A stretch of 64,000 nucleotides of DNA. Source: Perkinsela sp. CCAP 1560/9. Its lineage: Eukaryota; Protista; Euglenozoa: Kinetoplastea. The first letter of the stretch is position 1. The number at the start of each line of letters is the position of its first letter. The notes beneath the pieces were generated by a model. It was not told where the DNA came from. It did not search any database and saw nothing but the letters and a program-made list of their open reading frames with translations. This document shows positions 43,138-56,242 of the stretch, piece after piece. The stretch is taken from the NCBI GenBank assembly GCA_965644495.1, contig CBFFSA010000015.1, positions 249,929-313,928 on the forward strand, given 5' to 3'. Position numbers and translations under genes: made by a program.

Positions 43138-46100
43138 CTATGCCTTGGGACGTCTTTCCAACCCCCTTTTCAATACATTTGTAGTATGCGTGACCTGCAC
43201 TTTCGATGAACTATCTGTATTGCCTGTTTGCCGGGAGAAATCAGCTACCTCGCCGTCGACTGCCTTGAAGCACGTATCGTCTTCTAGACTAGTTTCAGAG
43301 TCTTTCAACTTTGCCCGATGAGGAAATTCATCCAGTTGACATAGTACACGTAAATATTCCACGATGCTTTTAATCCCGCGCTGCAACAAAGCCCTTAGTT
43401 GTGCGATAGGGATCGACATTGTATTAAATGGAGGCTGTTTGGTAAGTTCTTCGAGTGAATATCCATGTAAGCCTACGCCCAATAATATAGCGGACACGGA
43501 GGGACTAAGTACAACTCCAGCTTCAATCCCCTTCTCTGGGTGGTGAAACAATTTTTTGGAAAAGTACAGGCTGGCTAAGGTGGGAAGCAAGTCACGGATT
43601 ATGGCAAGATCAACTCGAAGCTGCGTAAAAGAACTCATGCGAGCCATGTCAGTTGAGGACAGACGCTGTGATACTTCTGTCCGTGTTGCCTGCGGTACAC
43701 CATCCACAGTGACCCTCGACGTCTCCTCATCATATTCCGTCAGGCGCTGCATTGCGCTTTCTAGATGGGTGGGTGTATCCACTGCTAAAGCCAGAGAGAC
43801 GTCCAGGGGTAGTCCCCGAAAAACGGAAGAGACGAGCGCAAGATAGCGCTGATGAAACTCCTGTCGAAGATCATTAAAAAGAATCCACAGATTCCTGTTT
43901 CCCACTGTCTGGACGAGAGGCTGCATCATAAGCAGTGAGTGTTCCGCCGTCATCTCGTTGGTTTGTTGGCGCAAGTAGTAAGGGGCAAAGCCGCATTTTG
44001 TCCAGAACTCAAACAAGGGGGCTGTTACACCATACACTGTCCCTATGTATGCTTGACCGCTCATTTTATGACATTTTGAGTCAAGTTCAACAAAAAGTGC
44101 AGCGTTTGAGGCATCAGAAGTTTCAGTCACATCAGAACTGTAATGTGCATCCCCCAAGAAAGAAGTGGATGACTTTGAAAACTCGGAGCTGCTGCCACGT
44201 AAGTATTCAATCAATAGTGACATGGCTTTGGATCCATACCCGGAGCGTTGAAAGGCACTGTGTGTGGCAATACGTACCACTCGTAGGCCACGTAATGCGG
44301 CTAACTCTGGTTGAAGAAAATAACTTGCAAGTGTGTAGGGTATCATATCCCCACTAGGCTTAGTGGCCTCGTCGAGGTGGCGCTGGAGCTTGTCTTGCCC
44401 CACCCCGCCTTCCTCACACAGCTGAATGACGCAATAGATGTCGCAGTGCGTGGGTTCGCCGTGCGGGACGGGACCCGTGAGTACGAGCAAGTGGTGGGCA
44501 GGGGCGTCGCAGAGCAGTTGCAAGTCGTTGGGCTGGTTTCGGTAGTGAGCGCCAACAAGCAGTGACATCACACGTTGGAGAAAAATTTCCGCTGTGGGCT
44601 CTGAAGAGAAGAGCACGTCCCGGTTTACGTAGTGCAGAGTGCACGAACGCGGATCCGGACTACTTTTCGGGGTGTACGTCTCCGTCGTGCACTCGAGGCA
44701 GAGTAAATTGTACAACCAACGTTCAATGGGATCGTTTAATGCATATCGTATGGGCTCTTTGAGTTCTATTTCTTGTAGGGTCCTAGACCGATGGGCCCAG
44801 GGGTCTCCGATCGCCTCCTTCTTGCGTGGCTCCTGGGTGCTCGTCTGCTTCAACTCCTTTATGAGCTTTAGTGACAGACTTCGCCCCGTTCCTTCGTATC
44901 CGCTAATAGTAGAGGACATCATAACAAGGTAGGGACCAAGTAGCTTCCTTACCATAGGCAAGGGAATTGCCGCGGCTTCTTCGACTATCACAAGTTCAGC
45001 CTGTGATGTCAGAAGCGAGTCTTGGGGAAAAATGTATTGAAGCAGTTGACGGTGATGATTTTTCCCCCGACGCAACACAACGCGAACAATACAATGTGAA
45101 AGCTCAGGAGCCGAACAGTAAAATTTCTCATAGTCGGAATGCTCAACGTAGCCCAGAGCGGTGAGACCTTTCAGCAAGAACTCGAAAAGGGTCGCAACGT
45201 TTTCTGGACTTGGAGAAGTGACAAGCATGTTTGAGTAGCCCAGATGGAAGGCACCGGCGACTGCCATACCAAGCGCCGCAGACTTTCCGCGCCCTCGCCC
45301 CGCGGTCATGGAAAGCGTGACATCGAGTGACTTCTCGGAAAGTACCTTCACTAACGTAAGAAGCGCTTTGGCCTGGTCCAAAGTCACGGAAAGCTGTGCC
45401 AATGGACCGACAAGTGCTTGTGTCTTTAAGGCCTCTTTCATTTCACGAAGCGATTTCTCCGCCGGAGTGAGTAATCCTCCACCCACTCCCTCAACAGTGG
45501 CAACATATCTCATTGATGGATCCAACGATACTGCATCAGTAATTGGAAGAACCTCAAGTCGGTCGTTGACACAAATAAAATTCTTACAGTCCGCAAAACT
45601 GCGGACAAGTCTCCGGTTAAATCGTGGAATAACTACTGGATGAGACTCGGTGCGGTACTTTGAGTGTACTTCCATGACCAAAGTGTGGAGTTGGCGCAGT
45701 GAAGTCATCGTTCGTAGCATTAACAAAATAAGCCCTCCACCAGCCACGGTCTCGATGGTACGTGCAAGTACATTCGGGGTTAAGGCCTCAAAATCCTGCA
45801 AGACAAGCATGGGAAAGGTGCACCCTAATATTTTTTGGGACTCCTTGTAGTAACAGTACCGAATAGAAGTTTGCGCTAGAAACGTCTCAAACGATTCGTG
45901 AGTTTCTGTCGTTACCTTTCCCGACGAAATCTCACGCCGACTTTGAGTCAGACGCTTTTTCCGCGACATTCCACCAAACGAGAGTTCGTTCTTCATACAC
46001 CATAGTACAGAAGGATTAGTCTCATTACGAGCCTTGCTCAGCATGTAGTGAAAATTCATTACCTGAGTTTTCGACTCGTCTCCTACTAGTGCTACAAGGC

Positions 46101-46239
46101 AGCGATGTTTATTGTGTACCGCTCGTTCAAGAACGCCTGGGATACGGTCATCGACTTTTACTAATTTCTTTGTCGGCTCTGACACAGTCTTTACATCTGT
46201 CTCGGTATCAGATACCCTACGTTTCCCGCTCCAACGCAT
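43138..46239 (-). CDS. NAT10: RNA cytidine acetyltransferase NAT10/Kre33
   Basis: LQDFEALTPNVLARTIETV.GGG, TAGRGRGKSAALG, SSTISGYEGTGRSLSLKL, HYRNQPNDLQ, RVVRIATH...GYGS; first ATG at 46239. Confidence 0.96.
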   Translation of the reverse strand: MRWSGKRRVSDTETDVKTVSEPTKKLVKVDDRIPGVLERAVHNKHRCLVALVGDESKTQVMNFHYMLSKARNETNPSVLWCMKNELSFGGMSRKKRLTQSRREISSGKVTTETHESFETFLAQTSIRYCYYKESQKILGCTFPMLVLQDFEALTPNVLARTIETVAGGGLILLMLRTMTSLRQLHTLVMEVHSKYRTESHPVVIPRFNRRLVRSFADCKNFICVNDRLEVLPITDAVSLDPSMRYVATVEGVGGGLLTPAEKSLREMKEALKTQALVGPLAQLSVTLDQAKALLTLVKVLSEKSLDVTLSMTAGRGRGKSAALGMAVAGAFHLGYSNMLVTSPSPENVATLFEFLLKGLTALGYVEHSDYEKFYCSAPELSHCIVRVVLRRGKNHHRQLLQYIFPQDSLLTSQAELVIVEEAAAIPLPMVRKLLGPYLVMMSSTISGYEGTGRSLSLKLIKELKQTSTQEPRKKEAIGDPWAHRSRTLQEIELKEPIRYALNDPIERWLYNLLCLECTTETYTPKSSPDPRSCTLHYVNRDVLFSSEPTAEIFLQRVMSLLVGAHYRNQPNDLQLLCDAPAHHLLVLTGPVPHGEPTHCDIYCVIQLCEEGGVGQDKLQRHLDEATKPSGDMIPYTLASYFLQPELAALRGLRVVRIATHSAFQRSGYGSKAMSLLIEYLRGSSSEFSKSSTSFLGDAHYSSDVTETSDASNAALFVELDSKCHKMSGQAYIGTVYGVTAPLFEFWTKCGFAPYYLRQQTNEMTAEHSLLMMQPLVQTVGNRNLWILFNDLRQEFHQRYLALVSSVFRGLPLDVSLALAVDTPTHLESAMQRLTEYDEETSRVTVDGVPQATRTEVSQRLSSTDMARMSSFTQLRVDLAIIRDLLPTLASLYFSKKLFHHPEKGIEAGVVLSPSVSAILLGVGLHGYSLEELTKQPPFNTMSIPIAQLRALLQRGIKSIVEYLRVLCQLDEFPHRAKLKDSETSLEDDTCFKAVDGEVADFSRQTGNTDSSSKVQVTHTTNVLKRGLERRPKA

Positions 46240-46780
46240 TTTAGAGAGAAGAAAAAAAAAGAAAAAATCCAATACGATGGCGTGCAAGTATATGATAGTG
46301 CAACTAAAACATAGTGCAAGTAAATGATACAAGCGCTAACGCATCCAAATGGGCTTCACATAACCAACCGTATTCAAATGTATTAGACATTGTCTTAACA
46401 TAATCATGCGTGTTAGATTATCGTTTTGTATTCATCTCATAAAAAAGAATACAAAAAGAAGCGAATAAGGAATACGTCTGCTTCTGACAAGATCATTACA
46501 TAATTAGACTTGCAATCGATCGTGAACAATTTCTTTAATGAACGTTTTTCATGATCCTTTTAATGAATTTTTCATTCATCAATAGTCGCGTAACCCAATG
46601 AATAAACTCGCATTCACCAAAATACACCACACCATTCTTACATTAAATTTTTATTCATCCAATCAAATAAACACAAACATAAACTTCAATAAATAATAAC
46701 CACTCAACAAAATCTTACAGAAACACATTTAGGAAAAATAAAGAAAACAAGCAATCCGTTGGAGCAGTCCTGCCCTTGAA

Positions 46781-48787
46781 TTAGTCTACCTCTTCAACCT
46801 TGGGTCCCGAGCTCGCCGGTGGGGCCGGGGCGGCTCCCCCGGCACCTGGGAATCCCTCCGGCATTCCTCCAGGAAATCCCCCGGGCATCCCACCGGGAAA
46901 CCCTCCCGGGGCTGCACCCTCCGCCCCTGGGGCGCCTCCACCCTGCTGGTACATCTTGGTCATGATGGGTGTGCATTTCTGCTCCAGCTCCTTCTGCCGC
47001 CCTTCGTACTCCTCCTTGCTCGCCTCCTGACTGGACTCAAGCCACTTGATGGTTTCCTCCACGGCATCGAGAAGGGTCTGCTTGTCGCCCGCGTCCAGCT
47101 TTCCCCCCACATTGGGGTCATTCGCGGTGTTCTTCATGCTGTACGCGTAGTTCTCGAGTCCGTTCTTCGCCTCGATACGCTCACGTTGCTTCCGGTCCTC
47201 CTCCTCGAACTTTGCGGACTCGTTCACCATGCGCTCGATCTCCTCCTTGCTGAGACGCCCCTTGTCGTTGGTGATGGTGATCTGGTTCTTCTTCCCCGTG
47301 CCCTTCTCCTCGGCGCTGACGTTCAGGATACCATTGGCATCGATGTCAAACGTGACTTCGATTTGTGGCACCCCGCGCGGCGCGGGTGGAATTCCCGAGA
47401 GATCGAATGTGCCGAGAAGGTGGCAGTCGCGTGTCATCGCGCGCTCACCCTCGAACACCTGGATATGCACCCCCGGTTGGTTGTCGCTGTACGTGGAGAA
47501 GGTCTGGCTCTTCTTGGTCGGGATCGTCGTGTTGCGCTTGATCAGGGACGTCATGACACCCCCGGCGGTTTCGATACCCAACGTCAGCGGGGCGACATCC
47601 AGGAGAAGAAGTCCCTCCGTCTGCTTACTCTTCCCGCCGGTGAGGATGTAGGCTTGCACCGCGGCACCGTACGCCACAGCCTCGTCCGGGTTAATACTCT
47701 TGTTGAGTTCCTTTCCGCCAAAGAAGTCGGAGACGAGCTGCTGCACCTTGGGAATACGAGTCGAACCACCGACCAGAACCACGTCGTGCACCGTGCGCTT
47801 GTCGATCTTCGCATCCGTCAGGACTTGTTCCACCGGCTTGAGTGTGGAGCGGAAGAGGTCCGCGCAAAGCTCCTCGAATCGCGCACGGGTGATGCTCGTG
47901 TAGAAGTCAATCCCCTCAAAAAGAGAGTCAATCTCCACGGAACTCTGAGCCGCGGAAGACAGAGTACGCTTGGCTCGCTCGCACGCGGTGCGAAGACGGC
48001 GTAGTGCTCGCTGGTTCTGCGACAGATCCTTCTTGTGCTTTCGCTTAAATTCCTCGACAAAGTGGTTCACGAGACGGTTGTCAAAGTCCTCACCACCGAG
48101 ATGGGTGTCTCCCGCCGTGGCCTTGACCTCGAAGATTCCACCATCGATGGTGAGCAGAGTGACGTCAAAGGTGCCGCCTCCGAGATCAAAGATGAGTACG
48201 TTCCGTTCTTGTTGGTCCGAGATCTTATCCAGGCCGTACGCAATCGCCGCCGCCGTGGGCTCGTTGATGATTCGAAGCACTTCCAGTCCGGCAATCGAGC
48301 CCGCGTCCTTCGTGGCCTGTCGTTGGGAGTCGTTGAAGTACGCCGGGACGGTGACCACCGCCTTCTTGACCTCCTTACCGAGATATGCCTCCGCAATCTC
48401 CTTCATCTTAATCAACACCATGGAGCTAATCTCCTCCGGCGTGAAGGTCTTTGCCTCGCTCTTGTACTGGACCTCCATCACGGGCTTCTCGTCCCCCTGG
48501 GAACGTACCTTAAAGGGCCAGTGCTTCATGTCGCTCTGAACAACGGAGTCGGAGATCTTACGCCCGATTAACCGCTTCGCATCAAACACACTGTTGGTCG
48601 GATTCATCGCTACCTGGTTCTTCGCGGCATCCCCAATCAGACGTTCAGTGTCCGTGAAGGCCACGTAGGACGGAGTCGTGTAGTTCCCCTGGTCATTCGC
48701 AATGATTACCACACGCTCGTTCTGCCACACCCCAACACAGGAGTAGGTGGTCCCGAGATCGATACCAATAGCTCCTTCGTACGTCAT
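46781..48787 (-). CDS. HSP70: Cytosolic HSP70 copy 1 (array-terminal)
   Basis: [24 protein letters not shown] repeats, C-terminal EEVD. Confidence 0.99.
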   Translation of the reverse strand: MTYEGAIGIDLGTTYSCVGVWQNERVVIIANDQGNYTTPSYVAFTDTERLIGDAAKNQVAMNPTNSVFDAKRLIGRKISDSVVQSDMKHWPFKVRSQGDEKPVMEVQYKSEAKTFTPEEISSMVLIKMKEIAEAYLGKEVKKAVVTVPAYFNDSQRQATKDAGSIAGLEVLRIINEPTAAAIAYGLDKISDQQERNVLIFDLGGGTFDVTLLTIDGGIFEVKATAGDTHLGGEDFDNRLVNHFVEEFKRKHKKDLSQNQRALRRLRTACERAKRTLSSAAQSSVEIDSLFEGIDFYTSITRARFEELCADLFRSTLKPVEQVLTDAKIDKRTVHDVVLVGGSTRIPKVQQLVSDFFGGKELNKSINPDEAVAYGAAVQAYILTGGKSKQTEGLLLLDVAPLTLGIETAGGVMTSLIKRNTTIPTKKSQTFSTYSDNQPGVHIQVFEGERAMTRDCHLLGTFDLSGIPPAPRGVPQIEVTFDIDANGILNVSAEEKGTGKKNQITITNDKGRLSKEEIERMVNESAKFEEEDRKQRERIEAKNGLENYAYSMKNTANDPNVGGKLDAGDKQTLLDAVEETIKWLESSQEASKEEYEGRQKELEQKCTPIMTKMYQQGGGAPGAEGAAPGGFPGGMPGGFPGGMPEGFPGAGGAAPAPPASSGPKVEEVD

Positions 48788-49145
48788 CAAGTTAATAATA
48801 AAATGGAGAGATATGCAAAAGCAATGAAGCTATAGAATTAACTACATTTGAATTCAAGTTCCAACTAACAGACGTAATAATGCCGTGATATTGGGCGCGT
48901 AGAGGTCTTTTTTAAAGAACATATTGAAGCCAAAGCGGTAAAAAACACGACGCACTCATTTGCTCCAAAGTTGTTAGAACCAAAGTACGCTAAACAAGGT
49001 CAAACTAAATTATTTTACCCCAATTTTCCGAATTACGCACAAATAATTGCGTGGTTTACATTGTTAAATAATTTATTTGTCAAATATGTGATCCGAAAAG
49101 AAAAAAGGAAAACAAGCAATCCGTTGGAGCAGTCCTGCCCTTGAA

Positions 49146-51152
49146 TTAGTCTACCTCTTCAACCTTGGGTCCCGAGCTCGCCGGTGGGGCTGGGGCGGCT
49201 CCCCCGGCACCTGGGAATCCCTCCGGCATTCCTCCAGGAAATCCCCCGGGCATCCCACCGGGAAACCCTCCCGGGGCTGCACCCTCCGCCCCTGGGGCGC
49301 CTCCACCCTGCTGGTACATCTTGGTCATGATGGGTGTGCATTTCTGCTCCAGCTCCTTCTGCCGCCCTTCGTACTCCTCCTTGCTCGCCTCCTGACTGGA
49401 CTCAAGCCACTTGATGGTTTCCTCCACGGCATCGAGAAGGGTCTGCTTGTCGCCCTCGTCCAGCTTTCCCCCCACATTGGGGTCATTCGCGGTGTTCTTC
49501 ATGCTGTACGCGTAGTTCTCGAGTCCGTTCTTCGCCTCGATACGCTCACGTTGCTTCCGGTCCTCCTCCTCGAACTTTGCGGACTCGTTCACCATGCGCT
49601 CGATCTCCTCCTTGCTGAGACGCCCCTTGTCGTTGGTGATGGTGATCTGGTTCTTCTTCCCCGTGCCCTTCTCCTCGGCGCTGACGTTCAGGATACCATT
49701 GGCATCGATGTCAAACGTGACTTCGATTTGTGGCACCCCGCGCGGCGCGGGTGGAATTCCCGAGAGATCGAATGTGCCGAGAAGGTGGCAGTCGCGTGTC
49801 ATCGCGCGCTCACCCTCGAACACCTGGATATGCACCCCCGGTTGGTTGTCGCTGTACGTGGAGAAGGTCTGGCTCTTCTTGGTCGGGATCGTCGTGTTGC
49901 GCTTGATCAGGGACGTCATGACACCCCCGGCGGTTTCGATACCCAACGTCAGCGGGGCGACATCCAGGAGAAGAAGTCCCTCCGTCTGCTTACTCTTCCC
50001 GCCGGTGAGGATGTAGGCTTGCACCGCGGCACCGTACGCCACAGCCTCGTCCGGGTTAATACTCTTGTTGAGTTCCTTTCCGCCAAAGAAGTCGGAGACG
50101 AGCTGCTGCACCTTGGGAATACGAGTCGAACCACCGACCAGAACCACGTCGTGCACCGTGCGCTTGTCGATCTTCGCATCCGTCAGGACTTGTTCCACCG
50201 GCTTGAGTGTGGAGCGGAAGAGGTCCGCGCAAAGCTCCTCGAATCGCGCACGGGTGATGCTCGTGTAGAAGTCAATCCCCTCAAAAAGAGAGTCAATCTC
50301 CACGGAACTCTGAGCCGCGGAAGACAGAGTACGCTTGGCTCGCTCGCACGCGGTGCGAAGACGGCGTAGTGCTCGCTGGTTCTGCGACAGATCCTTCTTG
50401 TGCTTTCGCTTAAATTCCTCGACAAAGTGGTTCACGAGACGGTTGTCAAAGTCCTCACCACCGAGATGGGTGTCTCCCGCCGTGGCCTTGACCTCGAAGA
50501 TTCCACCATCGATGGTGAGCAGAGTGACGTCAAAGGTGCCGCCTCCGAGATCAAAGATGAGTACGTTCCGTTCTTGTTGGTCCGAGATCTTATCCAGGCC
50601 GTACGCAATCGCCGCCGCCGTGGGCTCGTTGATGATTCGAAGCACTTCCAGTCCGGCAATCGAGCCCGCGTCCTTCGTGGCCTGTCGTTGGGAGTCGTTG
50701 AAGTACGCCGGGACGGTGACCACCGCCTTCTTGACCTCCTTACCGAGATATGCCTCCGCAATCTCCTTCATCTTAATCAACACCATGGAGCTAATCTCCT
50801 CCGGCGTGAAGGTCTTTGCCTCGCTCTTGTACTGGACCTCCATCACGGGCTTCTCGTCCCCCTGGGAACGTACCTTAAAGGGCCAGTGCTTCATGTCGCT
50901 CTGAACAACGGAGTCGGAGATCTTACGCCCGATTAACCGCTTCGCATCAAACACACTGTTGGTCGGATTCATCGCTACCTGGTTCTTCGCGGCATCCCCA
51001 ATCAGACGTTCAGTGTCCGTGAAGGCCACGTAGGACGGAGTCGTGTAGTTCCCCTGGTCATTCGCAATGATTACCACACGCTCGTTCTGCCACACCCCAA
51101 CACAGGAGTAGGTGGTCCCGAGATCGATACCAATAGCTCCTTCGTACGTCAT
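49146..51152 (-). CDS. HSP70: Cytosolic HSP70 copy 2 (LDEGDK variant)
   Basis: As copy 1, with an A>E change. Confidence 0.99.
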   Translation of the reverse strand: MTYEGAIGIDLGTTYSCVGVWQNERVVIIANDQGNYTTPSYVAFTDTERLIGDAAKNQVAMNPTNSVFDAKRLIGRKISDSVVQSDMKHWPFKVRSQGDEKPVMEVQYKSEAKTFTPEEISSMVLIKMKEIAEAYLGKEVKKAVVTVPAYFNDSQRQATKDAGSIAGLEVLRIINEPTAAAIAYGLDKISDQQERNVLIFDLGGGTFDVTLLTIDGGIFEVKATAGDTHLGGEDFDNRLVNHFVEEFKRKHKKDLSQNQRALRRLRTACERAKRTLSSAAQSSVEIDSLFEGIDFYTSITRARFEELCADLFRSTLKPVEQVLTDAKIDKRTVHDVVLVGGSTRIPKVQQLVSDFFGGKELNKSINPDEAVAYGAAVQAYILTGGKSKQTEGLLLLDVAPLTLGIETAGGVMTSLIKRNTTIPTKKSQTFSTYSDNQPGVHIQVFEGERAMTRDCHLLGTFDLSGIPPAPRGVPQIEVTFDIDANGILNVSAEEKGTGKKNQITITNDKGRLSKEEIERMVNESAKFEEEDRKQRERIEAKNGLENYAYSMKNTANDPNVGGKLDEGDKQTLLDAVEETIKWLESSQEASKEEYEGRQKELEQKCTPIMTKMYQQGGGAPGAEGAAPGGFPGGMPGGFPGGMPEGFPGAGGAAPAPPASSGPKVEEVD

Positions 51153-51511
51153 CAAGTTAATAATAAAATGGAGAGATATGCAAAAGCAATGAAGCTATAG
51201 AATTAACTACATTTGAATTCAAGTTCCAACTAACAGACGTAATAATGCCGTGATATTGGGCGCGTAGAGGTCTTTTTTAAAGAACATATTGAAGCCAAAG
51301 CGGTAAAAAACACGACGCACTCATTTGCTCCAAAGTTGTTAGAACCAAAGTACGCTAAACAAGGTCAAACTAAATTATTTTACCCCAATTTTCCGAATTA
51401 CGCACAAATAATTGCGTGGTTTACATTGTTAAATAATTTATTTGTCAAATATGTGATCCGAAAAGAAAAAAGGAAAACAAGCAATCCGTTGGAGCAGTCC
51501 TAACCCTTGAA

Positions 51512-53518
51512 TTAGTCTACCTCTTCAACCTTGGGTCCCGAGCTCGCCGGTGGGGCCGGGGCGGCTCCCCCGGCACCTGGGAATCCCTCCGGCATTCCTC
51601 CAGGAAATCCCCCGGGCATCCCACCGGGAAACCCTCCCGGGGCTGCACCCTCCGCCCCTGGGGCGCCTCCACCCTGCTGGTACATCTTGGTCATGATGGG
51701 TGTGCATTTCTGCTCCAGCTCCTTCTGCCGCCCTTCGTACTCCTCCTTGCTCGCCTCCTGACTGGACTCAAGCCACTTGATGGTTTCCTCCACGGCATCG
51801 AGAAGGGTCTGCTTGTCGCCCGCGTCCAGCTTTCCCCCCACATTGGGGTCATTCGCGGTGTTCTTCATGCTGTACGCGTAGTTCTCGAGTCCGTTCTTCG
51901 CCTCGATACGCTCACGTTGCTTCCGGTCCTCCTCCTCGAACTTTGCGGACTCGTTCACCATGCGCTCGATCTCCTCCTTGCTGAGACGCCCCTTGTCGTT
52001 GGTGATGGTGATCTGGTTCTTCTTCCCCGTGCCCTTCTCCTCGGCGCTGACGTTCAGGATACCATTGGCATCGATGTCAAACGTGACTTCGATTTGTGGC
52101 ACCCCGCGCGGCGCGGGTGGAATTCCCGAGAGATCGAATGTGCCGAGAAGGTGGCAGTCGCGTGTCATCGCGCGCTCACCCTCGAACACCTGGATATGCA
52201 CCCCCGGTTGGTTGTCGCTGTACGTGGAGAAGGTCTGGCTCTTCTTGGTCGGGATCGTCGTGTTGCGCTTGATCAGGGACGTCATGACACCCCCGGCGGT
52301 TTCGATACCCAACGTCAGCGGGGCGACATCCAGGAGAAGAAGTCCCTCCGTCTGCTTACTCTTCCCGCCGGTGAGGATGTAGGCTTGCACCGCGGCACCG
52401 TACGCCACAGCCTCGTCCGGGTTAATACTCTTGTTGAGTTCCTTTCCGCCAAAGAAGTCGGAGACGAGCTGCTGCACCTTGGGAATACGAGTCGAACCAC
52501 CGACCAGAACCACGTCGTGCACCGTGCGCTTGTCGATCTTCGCATCCGTCAGGACTTGTTCCACCGGCTTGAGTGTGGAGCGGAAGAGGTCCGCGCAAAG
52601 CTCCTCGAATCGCGCACGGGTGATGCTCGTGTAGAAGTCAATCCCCTCAAAAAGAGAGTCAATCTCCACGGAACTCTGAGCCGCGGAAGACAGAGTACGC
52701 TTGGCTCGCTCGCACGCGGTGCGAAGACGGCGTAGTGCTCGCTGGTTCTGCGACAGATCCTTCTTGTGCTTTCGCTTAAATTCCTCGACAAAGTGGTTCA
52801 CGAGACGGTTGTCAAAGTCCTCACCACCGAGATGGGTGTCTCCCGCCGTGGCCTTGACCTCGAAGATTCCACCATCGATGGTGAGCAGAGTGACGTCAAA
52901 GGTGCCGCCTCCGAGATCAAAGATGAGTACGTTCCGTTCTTGTTGGTCCGAGATCTTATCCAGGCCGTACGCAATCGCCGCCGCCGTGGGCTCGTTGATG
53001 ATTCGAAGCACTTCCAGTCCGGCAATCGAGCCCGCGTCCTTCGTGGCCTGTCGTTGGGAGTCGTTGAAGTACGCCGGGACGGTGACCACCGCCTTCTTGA
53101 CCTCCTTACCGAGATATGCCTCCGCAATCTCCTTCATCTTAATCAACACCATGGAGCTAATCTCCTCCGGCGTGAAGGTCTTTGCCTCGCTCTTGTACTG
53201 GACCTCCATCACGGGCTTCTCGTCCCCCTGGGAACGTACCTTAAAGGGCCAGTGCTTCATGTCGCTCTGAACAACGGAGTCGGAGATCTTACGCCCGATT
53301 AACCGCTTCGCATCAAACACACTGTTGGTCGGATTCATCGCTACCTGGTTCTTCGCGGCATCCCCAATCAGACGTTCAGTGTCCGTGAAGGCCACGTAGG
53401 ACGGAGTCGTGTAGTTCCCCTGGTCATTCGCAATGATTACCACACGCTCGTTCTGCCACACCCCAACACAGGAGTAGGTGGTCCCGAGATCGATACCAAT
53501 AGCTCCTTCGTACGTCAT
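51512..53518 (-). CDS. HSP70: Cytosolic HSP70 copy 3
   Basis: Identical translation to copy 1. Confidence 0.99.
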   Translation of the reverse strand: MTYEGAIGIDLGTTYSCVGVWQNERVVIIANDQGNYTTPSYVAFTDTERLIGDAAKNQVAMNPTNSVFDAKRLIGRKISDSVVQSDMKHWPFKVRSQGDEKPVMEVQYKSEAKTFTPEEISSMVLIKMKEIAEAYLGKEVKKAVVTVPAYFNDSQRQATKDAGSIAGLEVLRIINEPTAAAIAYGLDKISDQQERNVLIFDLGGGTFDVTLLTIDGGIFEVKATAGDTHLGGEDFDNRLVNHFVEEFKRKHKKDLSQNQRALRRLRTACERAKRTLSSAAQSSVEIDSLFEGIDFYTSITRARFEELCADLFRSTLKPVEQVLTDAKIDKRTVHDVVLVGGSTRIPKVQQLVSDFFGGKELNKSINPDEAVAYGAAVQAYILTGGKSKQTEGLLLLDVAPLTLGIETAGGVMTSLIKRNTTIPTKKSQTFSTYSDNQPGVHIQVFEGERAMTRDCHLLGTFDLSGIPPAPRGVPQIEVTFDIDANGILNVSAEEKGTGKKNQITITNDKGRLSKEEIERMVNESAKFEEEDRKQRERIEAKNGLENYAYSMKNTANDPNVGGKLDAGDKQTLLDAVEETIKWLESSQEASKEEYEGRQKELEQKCTPIMTKMYQQGGGAPGAEGAAPGGFPGGMPGGFPGGMPEGFPGAGGAAPAPPASSGPKVEEVD

Positions 53519-53877
53519 CAAGTTAATAATAAAATGGAGAGATATGCAAAAGCAATGAAGCTATAGAATTAACTACATTTGAATTCAAGTTCCAACTAAC
53601 AGACGTAATAATGCCGTGATATTGGGCGCGTAGAGGTCTTTTTTAAAGAACATATTGAAGCTAAAGCGGTAAAAAACACGACGCACTCATTTGCTCCAAA
53701 GTTGTTAGAACCAAAGTACGCTAAACAAGGTCAAACTAAATTATTTTACCCCAATTTTCCGAATTACGCACAAATAATTGCGTGGTTTACATTGTTAAAT
53801 AATTTATTTGTCAAATATGTGATCCGAAAAGAAAAAAGGAAAACAAGCAATCCGTTGGAGCAGTCCTAACCCTTGAA

Positions 53878-55884
53878 TTAGTCTACCTCTTCAACCTTGG
53901 GTCCCGAGCTCGCCGGTGGGGCCGGGGCGGCTCCCCCGGCACCTGGGAATCCCTCCGGCATTCCTCCAGGAAATCCCCCGGGCATCCCACCGGGAAACCC
54001 TCCCGGGGCTGCACCCTCCGCCCCTGGGGCGCCTCCACCCTGCTGGTACATCTTGGTCATGATGGGTGTGCATTTCTGCTCCAGCTCCTTCTGCCGCCCT
54101 TCGTACTCCTCCTTGCTCGCCTCCTGACTGGACTCAAGCCACTTGATGGTTTCCTCCACGGCATCGAGAAGGGTCTGCTTGTCGCCCGCGTCCAGCTTTC
54201 CCCCCACATTGGGGTCATTCGCGGTGTTCTTCATGCTGTACGCGTAGTTCTCGAGTCCGTTCTTCGCCTCGATACGCTCACGTTGCTTCCGGTCCTCCTC
54301 CTCGAACTTTGCGGACTCGTTCACCATGCGCTCGATCTCCTCCTTGCTGAGACGCCCCTTGTCGTTGGTGATGGTGATCTGGTTCTTCTTCCCCGTGCCC
54401 TTCTCCTCGGCGCTGACGTTCAGGATACCATTGGCATCGATGTCAAACGTGACTTCGATTTGTGGCACCCCGCGCGGCGCGGGTGGAATTCCCGAGAGAT
54501 CGAATGTGCCGAGAAGGTGGCAGTCGCGTGTCATCGCGCGCTCACCCTCGAACACCTGGATATGCACCCCCGGTTGGTTGTCGCTGTACGTGGAGAAGGT
54601 CTGGCTCTTCTTGGTCGGGATCGTCGTGTTGCGCTTGATCAGGGACGTCATGACACCCCCGGCGGTTTCGATACCCAACGTCAGCGGGGCGACATCCAGG
54701 AGAAGAAGTCCCTCCGTCTGCTTACTCTTCCCGCCGGTGAGGATGTAGGCTTGCACCGCGGCACCGTACGCCACAGCCTCGTCCGGGTTAATACTCTTGT
54801 TGAGTTCCTTTCCGCCAAAGAAGTCGGAGACGAGCTGCTGCACCTTGGGAATACGAGTCGAACCACCGACCAGAACCACGTCGTGCACCGTGCGCTTGTC
54901 GATCTTCGCATCCGTCAGGACTTGTTCCACCGGCTTGAGTGTGGAGCGGAAGAGGTCCGCGCAAAGCTCCTCGAATCGCGCACGGGTGATGCTCGTGTAG
55001 AAGTCAATCCCCTCAAAAAGAGAGTCAATCTCCACGGAACTCTGAGCCGCGGAAGACAGAGTACGCTTGGCTCGCTCGCACGCGGTGCGAAGACGGCGTA
55101 GTGCTCGCTGGTTCTGCGACAGATCCTTCTTGTGCTTTCGCTTAAATTCCTCGACAAAGTGGTTCACGAGACGGTTGTCAAAGTCCTCACCACCGAGATG
55201 GGTGTCTCCCGCCGTGGCCTTGACCTCGAAGATTCCACCATCGATGGTGAGCAGAGTGACGTCAAAGGTGCCGCCTCCGAGATCAAAGATGAGTACGTTC
55301 CGTTCTTGTTGGTCCGAGATCTTATCCAGGCCGTACGCAATCGCCGCCGCCGTGGGCTCGTTGATGATTCGAAGCACTTCCAGTCCGGCAATCGAGCCCG
55401 CGTCCTTCGTGGCCTGTCGTTGGGAGTCGTTGAAGTACGCCGGGACGGTGACCACCGCCTTCTTGACCTCCTTACCGAGATATGCCTCCGCAATCTCCTT
55501 CATCTTAATCAACACCATGGAGCTAATCTCCTCCGGCGTGAAGGTCTTTGCCTCGCTCTTGTACTGGACCTCCATCACGGGCTTCTCGTCCCCCTGGGAA
55601 CGTACCTTAAAGGGCCAGTGCTTCATGTCGCTCTGAACAACGGAGTCGGAGATCTTACGCCCGATTAACCGCTTCGCATCAAACACACTGTTGGTCGGAT
55701 TCATCGCTACCTGGTTCTTCGCGGCATCCCCAATCAGACGTTCAGTGTCCGTGAAGGCCACGTAGGACGGAGTCGTGTAGTTCCCCTGGTCATTCGCAAT
55801 GATTACCACACGCTCGTTCTGCCACACCCCAACACAGGAGTAGGTGGTCCCGAGATCGATACCAATAGCTCCTTCGTACGTCAT
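53878..55884 (-). CDS. HSP70: Cytosolic HSP70 copy 4
   Basis: Identical translation to copy 1. Confidence 0.99.
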   Translation of the reverse strand: MTYEGAIGIDLGTTYSCVGVWQNERVVIIANDQGNYTTPSYVAFTDTERLIGDAAKNQVAMNPTNSVFDAKRLIGRKISDSVVQSDMKHWPFKVRSQGDEKPVMEVQYKSEAKTFTPEEISSMVLIKMKEIAEAYLGKEVKKAVVTVPAYFNDSQRQATKDAGSIAGLEVLRIINEPTAAAIAYGLDKISDQQERNVLIFDLGGGTFDVTLLTIDGGIFEVKATAGDTHLGGEDFDNRLVNHFVEEFKRKHKKDLSQNQRALRRLRTACERAKRTLSSAAQSSVEIDSLFEGIDFYTSITRARFEELCADLFRSTLKPVEQVLTDAKIDKRTVHDVVLVGGSTRIPKVQQLVSDFFGGKELNKSINPDEAVAYGAAVQAYILTGGKSKQTEGLLLLDVAPLTLGIETAGGVMTSLIKRNTTIPTKKSQTFSTYSDNQPGVHIQVFEGERAMTRDCHLLGTFDLSGIPPAPRGVPQIEVTFDIDANGILNVSAEEKGTGKKNQITITNDKGRLSKEEIERMVNESAKFEEEDRKQRERIEAKNGLENYAYSMKNTANDPNVGGKLDAGDKQTLLDAVEETIKWLESSQEASKEEYEGRQKELEQKCTPIMTKMYQQGGGAPGAEGAAPGGFPGGMPGGFPGGMPEGFPGAGGAAPAPPASSGPKVEEVD

Positions 55885-56242
55885 CAAGTTAATAATAAAA
55901 TGGAGAGATATGCAAAAGCAATGAAGCTATAGAATTAACTACATTTGAATTCAAGTTCCAACTAACAGACGTAATAATGCCGTGATATTGGGCGCGTAGA
56001 GGTCTTTTTTAAAGAACATATTGAAGCCAAAGCGGTAAAAAACACGACGCACTCATTTGCTCCAAAGTTGTTAGAACCAAAGTACGCTAAACAAGGTCAA
56101 ACTAAATTATTTTACCCCAATTTTCCGAATTACGCACAAATAATTGCGTGGTTTACATTGTTAAATAATTTATTTGTCAAATATGTGATCCGAAAAGAAA
56201 AAAGGAAAACAAGCAATCCGTTGGAGCAGTCCTGCCCTTGAA

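Noticed and set aside
47186-48571. Long plus-strand ORFs in each HSP70 unit (resembling the 'NAD-specific glutamate dehydrogenase' antisense ORF)
   Set aside because: A known by-product of GC-rich HSP70 codon usage; they lie opposite the coding strand and are broken by stops.
25660-48787. ISCU + J-protein + ferredoxin + HSP70 as an isc-operon-like cluster
   Set aside because: The HSP70 is cytosolic (EEVD), the J-protein is not HscB-like, the genes are interspersed with unrelated ones, and kinetoplastid polycistrons are not functionally grouped.
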